From contig JAEHCO010000008.1 in the NCBI GenBank assembly GCA_020697715.1, forward strand, positions 1 to 51,233: 51,233 nucleotides of DNA, written 5' to 3'. The translations under genes and the position numbers were made by a program. A model generated the notes under the pieces. That model was not told where the DNA came from, made no database searches, and worked only from the letters and a program-made list of their open reading frames with translations. Shown here in pieces: positions 1 to 9,090 of this stretch; the stretch's first letter is position 1; the number at the start of each line of letters is the position of its first letter. This DNA is from Methanobacteriota archaeon (GTDB lineage Archaea > Thermoplasmatota > Thermoplasmata > SG8-5 > JAGLSY01).

Positions 1-2525
1 TTTGTACCATTTGCGATAAAGTACATAAGACCTCCAGACATGTCTGGTTTTCCATCTATATTTGTATCTATTGTGGCCAATGGATTACTCTTATTTACAA
101 CAATGTCTGTATCATCTATTATATAATCTGTATTCATATCAATATATACCTTATCCCACATACCTTCTGTTGTTGATTCTACAACGAGGATAGATACAGG
201 ACCCAGTACCTTCGTAAGGGATTTGCTTGGATGGTATCCAAAGTGATATGTGTTGGTTGGGCTCACACTTGTGATCTTTGCATGGTCAATTGTTGTTGTA
301 GGGATGTATGAATGACCCCATGCACTGATACCCACCATTTCAGTGGATGTGAGATCTACCCAAACAGAAGTTGGTGGTGATGGGACATTACAATCCATTG
401 GGATCGTGTCCTGTGGTGCAGATCGTTCCCAACCACAGATAAATGAACTGATATACAGGTCATTTGTGTCTGGCCAGTCTGTGTAGTTCCTTGGCAGTGC
501 CCACTCGACGAAACCGACCTCTGTGAACTCTCCTGCCAATGATCCTTTGTATCTGTGATCTCCGCCTATTGCAGAAAGGTTAGTGGATTCCCATATAGAG
601 TTTCCTTCATCCCATCTATACACATCAGGATCTGGTAATTGATCACGAGTTGTCAGTGTCTGTTGACCATTTGAGTCAAAAGTATAATATTCTCTCTCAT
701 AATCCATATATATCATGACATCTGGCTTTTGAGCCGCAAAGGGTGTTGTTGTGCCCCAATCACTGCTGAATTTTGTGACAAGACAATCCTCAGTACCCAA
801 GAAGAATTCTCCAGTAGTTTCTTTGATGTCAAAAGAGTATATTGCTTCATTATTGATGCTGCGATCTATACTTTTTATTGTATAATTTGAATCATACCAG
901 TGAATTATCTTACCATCATCTCCACCAGAAATGATCTCGCCAGTGTCCTGCCATTTTATTGTGTTCACGGAGGAATCTGAATTATGCCCGCCAGTGATAT
1001 TGGCGATCCATGCTCCAGAGCTGGCATCCCATATCTGCATGACACTTGTACCTATTCCTGCCATACCTGTGATGATCTTGGTCTCGTCAGGGCTCCATGC
1101 AACAGTTTCGATATTGCTACTTAATATTGGATCTTTGAATTGCAAGAGTTCTATATATGGGAAAGTTCCGTCAAGGATCTTCGCATAGCCATCTCCAAGA
1201 CCAACAGCTATCTTATCTCCTGATATTGGATTGAAGGCCAATGAAAATACCTTACCACCTATGCTTTTAGCCATGTGAGTTCCATTGTTCATGAACAGGA
1301 ACCCTATCCTTGGCAGCTTCATACCGAAGTATAGAATTGAGCTGTCTGGGCTGAATGTCATAGATTCCTTGTATCCATCTGATTCGGATATTGTCAACAC
1401 TCTCCAAACCTCGGTCCAAGTTGTTGTTTCATAGACCACAACCTCTTTCAATGTCTGATAGGCCAGATAATTGCCATCGGGGGACCAGGCTATTGTGAAG
1501 ACTTCACTTATTTCATTTGGTAGATTTGAAACAAGATTTGCATTCACATCCCATATTTTAACTGAATTTGTGCTGTAAGATGAGGTGGGGGCGTCAGTAC
1601 TACCGGATGCAGCACAGGATGCAATGAGATTCTTGACAGAACTGTATGCCACCTGTTCTATGGGTGCTGAATGAGATGCATTGAAATGAAGATAATTACC
1701 TCGAGGATCGGTCAATGCACCACTCGTAGCTCCATCAAAATCAAGGGCAAATCCAAAGGTTCGGTTCATTTCAGCATATCTTGTATTGATACCACCATAC
1801 CAAAATGTATCATCCCTTGTGACGTACAATTCATTTAAATCAAACTCTGCATTTGTAGAAGAACCATTTACTCTTACATCTGAAAATCTATCTATGCCAG
1901 TCAATTCTGTTTGTGAGAAGTCGTTCTTTCCATCTATCTTTATTGTGTGATCGACATCGAATGGACCTGTTCCATTCTTGGATGTGTTTGCATACCATCC
2001 ATTTCCTTCTCTTACCTCTTTAGCTTGTAAATATGATGATAATGCCAGAGGATCAAAGGCCATTGGCCATCCATTATAAGGAGATGATGGATCATCCACT
2101 GTCATGTATTTATTTGCAAGATTGTCATTGCCGAAGTCGATACCTGTATCAACAAGAGCCACGGAAACACCATTTCCCATGTAGCCCATATCTGCAACTG
2201 CAGGGACATTATGTGCTTCCCTGTAGCTCCAATTTCCCCAGGGCGCCAGGAATGGTTGGGCACCACTTGTGGAATAGACCCCCATCATCTCTGCAGGGTC
2301 TCCATATTCCATAGGTTTTGAAGAAGCCTGGGTATTCGGTAAGTTCTTACCTGCGACATCCGTGTCTGCGATAAGAGGTGCTTCAACAATATCACCTGAA
2401 TCTGGGGTAGATGGGTTTAAAACTCCATTATAGCTTTCTCTGACACTTGCGCCGCCTAATGGACCTAGCACAAGAGCCATAACTAACAGTATGCTCATTG
2501 TCTTAACAGTTTTATCAACTGGCAT
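1..2525 (-). CDS. Secreted pyrolysin-like subtilase (peptidase S8) with inserted DOMON-like domain and 7-bladed WD40 propeller; partial, runs off the left edge
   Basis: Hand translation from ATG 2525 (GGAGG RBS upstream): MPVDKTVKTMSILLVMALVLGPLGGA signal peptide; GYMGNGVSVALVDTGIDFG subtilase catalytic-Asp motif (codon 2148-2150); WD40 blades (VKIWD, AWSPDGNYLA, AWSPDETKII..MQIWD, ISGGDDGKIIHW); no stop found to base 1, which explains its absence from the ORF track. Confidence 0.85.
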   Translation of the reverse strand, partial: MPVDKTVKTMSILLVMALVLGPLGGASVRESYNGVLNPSTPDSGDIVEAPLIADTDVAGKNLPNTQASSKPMEYGDPAEMMGVYSTSGAQPFLAPWGNWSYREAHNVPAVADMGYMGNGVSVALVDTGIDFGNDNLANKYMTVDDPSSPYNGWPMAFDPLALSSYLQAKEVREGNGWYANTSKNGTGPFDVDHTIKIDGKNDFSQTELTGIDRFSDVRVNGSSTNAEFDLNELYVTRDDTFWYGGINTRYAEMNRTFGFALDFDGATSGALTDPRGNYLHFNASHSAPIEQVAYSSVKNLIASCAASGSTDAPTSSYSTNSVKIWDVNANLVSNLPNEISEVFTIAWSPDGNYLAYQTLKEVVVYETTTWTEVWRVLTISESDGYKESMTFSPDSSILYFGMKLPRIGFLFMNNGTHMAKSIGGKVFSLAFNPISGDKIAVGLGDGYAKILDGTFPYIELLQFKDPILSSNIETVAWSPDETKIITGMAGIGTSVMQIWDASSGAWIANITGGHNSDSSVNTIKWQDTGEIISGGDDGKIIHWYDSNYTIKSIDRSINNEAIYSFDIKETTGEFFLGTEDCLVTKFSSDWGTTTPFAAQKPDVMIYMDYEREYYTFDSNGQQTLTTRDQLPDPDVYRWDEGNSIWESTNLSAIGGDHRYKGSLAGEFTEVGFVEWALPRNYTDWPDTNDLYISSFICGWERSAPQDTIPMDCNVPSPPTSVWVDLTSTEMVGISAWGHSYIPTTTIDHAKITSVSPTNTYHFGYHPSKSLTKVLGPVSILVVESTTEGMWDKVYIDMNTDYIIDDTDIVVNKSNPLATIDTNIDGKPDMSGGLMYFIANGT

Positions 2526-2590
2526 TTACAATCCTCCGTCCTCGAATCCTCTCGTAATGAGAGACCTCACGAATGTTTATTGTTTAGACC

Positions 2591-2600
2591 CTTATATAAA
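2591..2600 (-). promoter_or_regulatory. Probable TATA box of the leftward subtilase
   Basis: Minus strand reads TTTATATAAG preceded by A-rich AATGCAAA, ~65 nt before ATG 2525. Confidence 0.5.
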
Positions 2601-2767
2601 TTTGCATTATAAGAACTGGTAAAGTTTGGGTTTAAAATAGAATAGGCGTGCGGTTCTGATATTTTATTGCTATTTTACATATTTTACATTGAATGATAGA
2701 TGTTTTATACATATTACTTACTATAATAGGTGCGCATATATGCACAAATTATTGGTTAATGCGATTA

Positions 2768-2778
2768 TTTTATATAAT
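2768..2778 (+). promoter_or_regulatory. Probable TATA box of the rightward subtilase
   Basis: TTTTATATAAT ~115 nt upstream of TTG 2892; strong GGAGG RBS at 2879-2883. Confidence 0.4.
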
Positions 2779-2891
2779 ACAAAGTTCATATGATATAGCA
2801 ACAGCATAGATTTTGGACAATACTGAAATAGTGAGGAAAAGAGGAGAAATCTTTGCTTCTAAAATAAGATATAAGGAAGGAGGAATGTATA

Positions 2892-5800
2892 TTGGGCAAT
2901 AAGAACAAGAAATTATCAACAGTGATTTCGATGATCGTTGTGGTTTCTATGATCTCTATGTCTTGGTCGATATTGGCGTCAAATCTTGGCGACAACTCGG
3001 TCGATGCAATAGAATCAACGGATATTGTCCTGGTGACTTTTGATTCACCAGAACAAGCCAAGGAATTACAGGATCTCGGAACTGAAATTGTGAGCTTGAA
3101 TGAATGGGGAGCATATATTAAAGTAACAAACTCCCAGAGAGGATTACTCTCAGGAAAAATGAACATTGTGGACCTTAATGAAAGGACACAGATGAACTTC
3201 CTGGAGCAGGGTATCAACTTCAACACAGAAGTCGGATACAATGTTCCATCAAAACTCCAGAACGCTGGAACTCAGAACTACATTATCCAGTTCGTTGCAC
3301 CAGCTAACCAGGAATGGTTCAATGGCGTAGAGGCAGCCACTGGCGGTATCAGAAGATACGTCAATGACAATGCAGTCGTCGTCAAGCTGAACTCAGTAGA
3401 GAAGGCCAATGTCGAGAAATTGGACTATGTCCAGTGGGTCGGCCCATACGAGCCAGCATTCAAAGTGGATGCAAAACTCAATGGAAGGGTCGGAACCGTC
3501 AAGATGACCATCAACCCATTCCCTGGCATCAGTGCCGCACAGATCATGAATGAACTGAGCAGCCTTGGAGCATGGGATGTGATAGACACAGAATTCGGTC
3601 CAATACAATGCACAGCGGATGCATCATTGATAGCCGATGTCGCACAGCTGGAATCTGTGGATCAAGTCTGGAACCTACCAGAGATGAAACTTCTGAACAA
3701 TGTAGGTGGAAGGATATCACAGGCATGGGATCTGTGGGACCGTGACATCTCAAATCTGCCACAAGACATAGCAGGTGAGGGTCAGATCGTCCACGTCCAG
3801 GATTCTGGAATAGACGCATCTCACCCGGATTTCATTCAGGGTCCATTAGGCGACAGGCTTGAGAATCCAGATTCAACATCCGATGCAGAGTACCACGGAA
3901 CTCACGTTACAGGTACAGTTGCTGGAGATGGTGGAATGATGGAAGAATATCTCGGTCTAAGCTCTACAGACAGACTTTACAATGAGATAGCAGGGTCCAA
4001 CCCAGCAAACCGCCCAGATAGGGCCGGATTTGCAGGTAGGGCTCCAGAAGCTACCATCTACTTCAGAGCAGGCTTGACCTCATCTGAATGGTCAGCCGGT
4101 TATACCTTTGGTGCAAGAATATTCACCAATAGCTGGGGTCCAGCTACTATGTCTACAGGATATCAGGCAGATGCAGACAACTTCATGGAATCAAATGCAA
4201 ATTCCATTGTTTTGTTCGCCGCCGGAAATGATGGCCCAAGGACATTGACAGCAAGTGGAGACGGAAACGGTAAGCTTGCAGTTTCAGTGGGTGCAGCAGA
4301 GAACATGCGTGCTATCGACTTCGATTCGTCTGATAACTACGGCCAGATGGCCAGTTTCAGCAGCCGAGGACCTGCGGGTCCAGGCGATGACAGGATCAAA
4401 CCAGATGTCGTCGAGTCCGGAACAGCTGTTTACTCTGTCAAATCTGACGACACAGCAGAAGCCGAACTTCCAGGTCTTTATGATGAGATCATCGTTATAG
4501 ATGAAGACAACGATGGTATCGGTGACTACGCATCACTTCAGGGAACCTCAATGGCTTGCCCAGCAGCTGCTGGTGACACAGCCCTTATAAGGGACTACCT
4601 GGTAGATGTCGTTGGCATCACACCACATGGTAACCTTTTGAAGACTCTCCTTATCCACGGAGCCGTTGACATGGGACACGGATACCCAAGCAACGATCAG
4701 GGATGGGGACGTGTCAATGTGAGGAACTCAATCTGTCCACCTGCACCAAACACACTGCAGTGGTACCACTCAGCAGGAACAACAGGTACAACAGATGACT
4801 CAACAATGGGATTCGACATGGTCGTTACAGATGAGAGCGTGCCATTGAAGATCACCTTCTCACACTGGGACACAACATCCTCGGGTACATTGTCAACAGA
4901 CTATGACCTGGTTGTTACTTCTCCTGATGGAACAAGGTATGAAGGAAACGCTTTCAAAGAGGCAAAGTCGCTTCCAATGTCAGCTCCTGGTCAATGGGCA
5001 GATGCTGCTTATCCAAGTTGGATGGGCGGAGCAAGCTACGACTTCGACACAGCCAATGATGGCGGTGACGATATAAACAACGTAGAGATTGTCACCATCG
5101 CCGAGCCAAGAGTAGGAACATGGGACATAGACGTCATCCTTAAGGCTGGCGCAACATTCCCATGGTCTATTGCTATGACCGGTGGAATGGATACAGCCTC
5201 TGATGTTAACGCACCAGACAATGCTTACAAAGTAAGTATGTCACTTGACACACCAAGAGTAGTCCCAGAAACAGACGGATACGGAGAAGGTGTGTTCAAG
5301 GCAGCACAGAGTGGTAGCGTAATTGTACCATACTGGATAAACAATGGTGGATCAACAGCAGATTCTTACACGATCACATCATCTGTGCCAGGTGGTTTCA
5401 CAGCCGCTTACTTCCCAGCATCTGGTCTTTCAGTTGCAGTAAATGAGAGGGTACACGGATATGCAAGGATAAATGTAGGAGCAGTCGCAGCTGGAACATA
5501 CACTGTTACACTGACCGCAACATCAAACAACGATGCATCCGCACCTATCGCACAGTCAACTATAGCTTTCCAGGTGGATGTCGTAACAGAAGAGACACCA
5601 ACACAGTGGAAGATAGCAGACTCTCCAGTGCACGAGGACGCACCAGCATTTGTCTCCTGGGAATCAGGAGGTAATGATTATGTTGCATGTACCTACAGGC
5701 AGGATGAGAACTTCGGTGACAAGGCATACTTCACATACTCCAGCGATGCTGGTCTTACATGGAGTACACCAATACCAATATCCCAGGATTCATGGACACC

Positions 5801-8800
5801 AGGCTACTTAGGAATAACAAGGGCTACAGCAGGTGCATATGAAGGCAGACTTATGATCGGATACAATGCATGGAACCCCGATGGATATGGTGGTAGTACA
5901 GCAGATACACGATGTTCATACGTCAAGGTACACTACGCAGATTTCCCATACGATACATGGACAGAGGTAGATGCTTTCATTGAAGGAGAAGGATACACTG
6001 GCGGTGGCAGAGACACTTACAGGACGACCAATATCGTTTACTATCCAAATGGTGATCAATTCTACTTGGTAGTTGAGGACTTCGGTTACTCCGGTACTGA
6101 TTTGGGAACCGCAACCATGCAAACCATCTCAACCATTGGAAAATCATCTAGCGATGGCGGAGCAACATGGTCAGCTTGGACACAGATCGATCCAGGTGCA
6201 GCTGGTATGTACTACTTCTTCCCATATGCCTACACCGATCGTGATGGTGGCATAGGTCTATGGTACTACGAGAGGGACTCAAGTGACGCAGCTCAGGACA
6301 GAGATGCAACATTCCAGTACTACGACGGATCATGGGGCGCAGTTAGAATGGCTCTGGATTCACCAGACAACATGATGTTCCCACAGGGTGTAGCAGCAAA
6401 CCAGGGTGTCAACAATAACAGGCATTATGGTGCTTACCTGAAAGGTGCAAACACAGATGGCGACCGAAGTGTCGTTGTCATGTGGACCGATGATAATGGT
6501 GCCACCTTCGAGAACAATGGAAATGCTGGATACGGACCATACGGACCTGTAGCAAGTGACCACGATTATGGAACAAGGTTCCTTCTGGACATGGATTACA
6601 CGGTAGATGACTACATGTACGTGTTCCTGCACAGAAATGTTAGGTACGACCCATACGGTCAGCCAAACTTACTGATGTTCTATGACGACGATTACACAGG
6701 TGGAGCAGCTACAACGATCCAATACTTGACACTTGACAGCTTTGTCAAGGGCAAGCAGCGATCTGCATCATGGGAGAACTCCAACACAGTGATGATAGCA
6801 ACCAACCAGTTTACCAAGGAAGGCGGACATGACATTATTGCCATGCACGTGTTCAATGGCTGGGAATCTGCAGCAGATACTGTTGGACCAGTTACAGAAT
6901 ATGTCTCAACAGACAAGGTTCTGTGTACACCAGGTGACACTGTTGTGGTCGTAGGTAATGTACACGAGTGGACGACTGGCGGAAGCCTTGTCGCAGCTGC
7001 TCAGTACAAGACCGATGTGAACCCAACACCAGTCGCAATGGACACAATGGATGGTTCCTTCAACTCCCGAGCAGAGGCAGTTGAGAGTACTACCCCAATA
7101 GACACTACTGGCTGGGCTGGTGGATGGCACAAGATATGGGTACAGGGTCAAGACGCAGCCAACAACTGGGGCGAATGGGCCGAGACACAGATCTTCATCG
7201 ATTCACCAAGGAGACCATATGAACCAGTTAACCCAGATCCATACGATGGTGAGGCCGATGTAGTATTGAGCAAGACATTCAGTGTCGATGTTTCTGATTA
7301 TGAAGCAGAGAACATGGATGTTGTGTTCTACTGGTCACCATCTGGCACCCCATTCGCAACTGTGAACAATGTTCCACATGGTACAACTGCAACCACAGGC
7401 GCAATAGCACTCGCATCAGAGACAACATACGACTGGTACGCTATCGCAACAGACAGCATTGGATCAACACAGTCCGAGATCTGGACCTTCTCAACATTGG
7501 ACCAGACAGCACCAATACCTGTGACAAACCTGAATGTCATACACGATGGACCAGCAGGTTCCTCGACAGTTCAGCAGAGGTACATGAGAGGAGTAGCCAG
7601 TGAAGTGACCGTCAACACATTGACAGCCAACTTATTGGGTACAGCTCAATCAAGCAACATCCAGACCTCTGGATCACTTGGAAACCGTGCTGACATCTAT
7701 GTAGGTATTAGGGTGTGGAAGAACAGCGCAACTGGTGTGGAGACTGAGATAACCTCTGGAACCGCAGTCGCTATAACTGGTAGGACAGCTCAGTCTAGTG
7801 GATACCAAACCGCGGCATGGACTCCACCAGTGACTCCATTGAACCCAACTGACTCCATTATCGTCAGATTGTATGCATCAACGTCATCACCACCAACTGC
7901 ATTGAGGGCAACATTCACAACAGAGATACTTGGTGCTAATCAGCTTGATGCAAGCTCATGGACCTGCAGTTACTGGACACAAGTGGCCGGTATTGCTCAG
8001 GGCGGTAGTAATGTTCAGTGGGGCGCAGCAACTAGGAACACCAACATTGCAGGCTTCAGCTGGACCATAACTGCTAACCCATTGGACCACAACACAGTTA
8101 GCTGGACAGAGTCTGTATCTGGCGATGTTATGGAATATAACATCTACAGGTCAGCTACATCCGGAAGTGGATTTGTCCTTGTGGACACTGTTTCAGCAGG
8201 AACATCCAGCTGGGTCGACACAGGTGCAGGAGAGGCAGATGCTACACTATGGTGGTACATTGTCAGGGCTGTCGACACATCCTCCAATGAGGACACAAAC
8301 ACCGTTGAAAAGCAGGAACCAGGCGGATCATTCATAGTATATGATGTGGATGTAAGCGCCGCAAGTAATGGTGACTGGGTCTTCGTATCCTTCCCAATAG
8401 CAATGTCTGGTGACATAATAACTGTCCTGGACGATGCAACATGGGGAGATGGTGACACCACTTGGGACATAGCAATGTGGTATGACCCAACAGATGTAGA
8501 CCATTGGAAGACCTACGATAAGGCACAGCAAGCTGCTGGTCTTACCCAGGATATGCCAACCATCAACAATCAGATGGGTATGTGGGTCAAACTCGGAACC
8601 GCAGGAACTGAGCTGACCGCAGGTGAAGGTGTGGCACAGGGAACAGTAAACATCGATCTGTTCACTGGCTGGAACCTTGTTGGATACCCAGCAACCGATG
8701 ACTCGACCTATGATGTGTTTGATCTGAAAACAGATACTGGTGCATCAAAGGTTGAAGGCTACGGAGCTGGACCATACAACATAGTCACTATGGGTGATGC

Positions 8801-8873
8801 AGATGTTCTTACGAACGGTGCAGCCTACTGGGTCTATGTTGATGCAGACACAACCTGGACCATCGACTGGTAA
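2892..8873 (+). CDS. Large secreted multidomain subtilisin-like serine protease (S8, Kp43-like) with BNR/Asp-box propeller, Ig/FN3-like modules and C-terminal GWNLV-type domain
   Basis: Signal peptide; intact triad motifs VQDSGID, HGTHVTGT, GTSMACP; oxyanion FAAGNDG; FSSRGP..D.RIKPDV and QGWGRVN typical of Kp43-like subtilases; Asp-boxes SSDAGLTW, SSDGGATW, TDDNGATF; FN3-like YNIYRS..WYIVRAVD. Confidence 0.95.
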   Translation: MGNKNKKLSTVISMIVVVSMISMSWSILASNLGDNSVDAIESTDIVLVTFDSPEQAKELQDLGTEIVSLNEWGAYIKVTNSQRGLLSGKMNIVDLNERTQMNFLEQGINFNTEVGYNVPSKLQNAGTQNYIIQFVAPANQEWFNGVEAATGGIRRYVNDNAVVVKLNSVEKANVEKLDYVQWVGPYEPAFKVDAKLNGRVGTVKMTINPFPGISAAQIMNELSSLGAWDVIDTEFGPIQCTADASLIADVAQLESVDQVWNLPEMKLLNNVGGRISQAWDLWDRDISNLPQDIAGEGQIVHVQDSGIDASHPDFIQGPLGDRLENPDSTSDAEYHGTHVTGTVAGDGGMMEEYLGLSSTDRLYNEIAGSNPANRPDRAGFAGRAPEATIYFRAGLTSSEWSAGYTFGARIFTNSWGPATMSTGYQADADNFMESNANSIVLFAAGNDGPRTLTASGDGNGKLAVSVGAAENMRAIDFDSSDNYGQMASFSSRGPAGPGDDRIKPDVVESGTAVYSVKSDDTAEAELPGLYDEIIVIDEDNDGIGDYASLQGTSMACPAAAGDTALIRDYLVDVVGITPHGNLLKTLLIHGAVDMGHGYPSNDQGWGRVNVRNSICPPAPNTLQWYHSAGTTGTTDDSTMGFDMVVTDESVPLKITFSHWDTTSSGTLSTDYDLVVTSPDGTRYEGNAFKEAKSLPMSAPGQWADAAYPSWMGGASYDFDTANDGGDDINNVEIVTIAEPRVGTWDIDVILKAGATFPWSIAMTGGMDTASDVNAPDNAYKVSMSLDTPRVVPETDGYGEGVFKAAQSGSVIVPYWINNGGSTADSYTITSSVPGGFTAAYFPASGLSVAVNERVHGYARINVGAVAAGTYTVTLTATSNNDASAPIAQSTIAFQVDVVTEETPTQWKIADSPVHEDAPAFVSWESGGNDYVACTYRQDENFGDKAYFTYSSDAGLTWSTPIPISQDSWTPGYLGITRATAGAYEGRLMIGYNAWNPDGYGGSTADTRCSYVKVHYADFPYDTWTEVDAFIEGEGYTGGGRDTYRTTNIVYYPNGDQFYLVVEDFGYSGTDLGTATMQTISTIGKSSSDGGATWSAWTQIDPGAAGMYYFFPYAYTDRDGGIGLWYYERDSSDAAQDRDATFQYYDGSWGAVRMALDSPDNMMFPQGVAANQGVNNNRHYGAYLKGANTDGDRSVVVMWTDDNGATFENNGNAGYGPYGPVASDHDYGTRFLLDMDYTVDDYMYVFLHRNVRYDPYGQPNLLMFYDDDYTGGAATTIQYLTLDSFVKGKQRSASWENSNTVMIATNQFTKEGGHDIIAMHVFNGWESAADTVGPVTEYVSTDKVLCTPGDTVVVVGNVHEWTTGGSLVAAAQYKTDVNPTPVAMDTMDGSFNSRAEAVESTTPIDTTGWAGGWHKIWVQGQDAANNWGEWAETQIFIDSPRRPYEPVNPDPYDGEADVVLSKTFSVDVSDYEAENMDVVFYWSPSGTPFATVNNVPHGTTATTGAIALASETTYDWYAIATDSIGSTQSEIWTFSTLDQTAPIPVTNLNVIHDGPAGSSTVQQRYMRGVASEVTVNTLTANLLGTAQSSNIQTSGSLGNRADIYVGIRVWKNSATGVETEITSGTAVAITGRTAQSSGYQTAAWTPPVTPLNPTDSIIVRLYASTSSPPTALRATFTTEILGANQLDASSWTCSYWTQVAGIAQGGSNVQWGAATRNTNIAGFSWTITANPLDHNTVSWTESVSGDVMEYNIYRSATSGSGFVLVDTVSAGTSSWVDTGAGEADATLWWYIVRAVDTSSNEDTNTVEKQEPGGSFIVYDVDVSAASNGDWVFVSFPIAMSGDIITVLDDATWGDGDTTWDIAMWYDPTDVDHWKTYDKAQQAAGLTQDMPTINNQMGMWVKLGTAGTELTAGEGVAQGTVNIDLFTGWNLVGYPATDDSTYDVFDLKTDTGASKVEGYGAGPYNIVTMGDADVLTNGAAYWVYVDADTTWTIDW

Positions 8874-8893
8874 GCAACAAACCTAAGCAAAAT

Positions 8894-8948
8894 GAGAGAG
8901 CCTTCGGGCTCTCTCCCTTTTAACTTTTTTAATTTTTAACTTCTTTAA
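8894..8948 (+). terminator. Hairpin plus T-tract terminator after the subtilase
   Basis: GAGAGAGCC-TTCG-GGCTCTCTC (9-bp stem, cUUCGg loop) followed by several T runs. Confidence 0.8.
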
Positions 8949-9090
8949 TTCGAAATAGAACATAACAATATTAATCATTTTTATAATTAGTATAGTTCAT
9001 TAGACTATTGTTATATATAGTTAATAATACAAGAGAAAAATCCAATATCTTTATCATCATGAAATATATGTCTCCTCGGAGGCAATTCCC

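Noticed and set aside
1261-1290. NGTHMAKSIGG in the left subtilase resembles the catalytic HGTHVAG motif with His replaced by Asn
   Set aside because: It lies between WD40 blades 3 and 4; the real His motif is expected beyond the window edge, so no claim of an inactive protease is made
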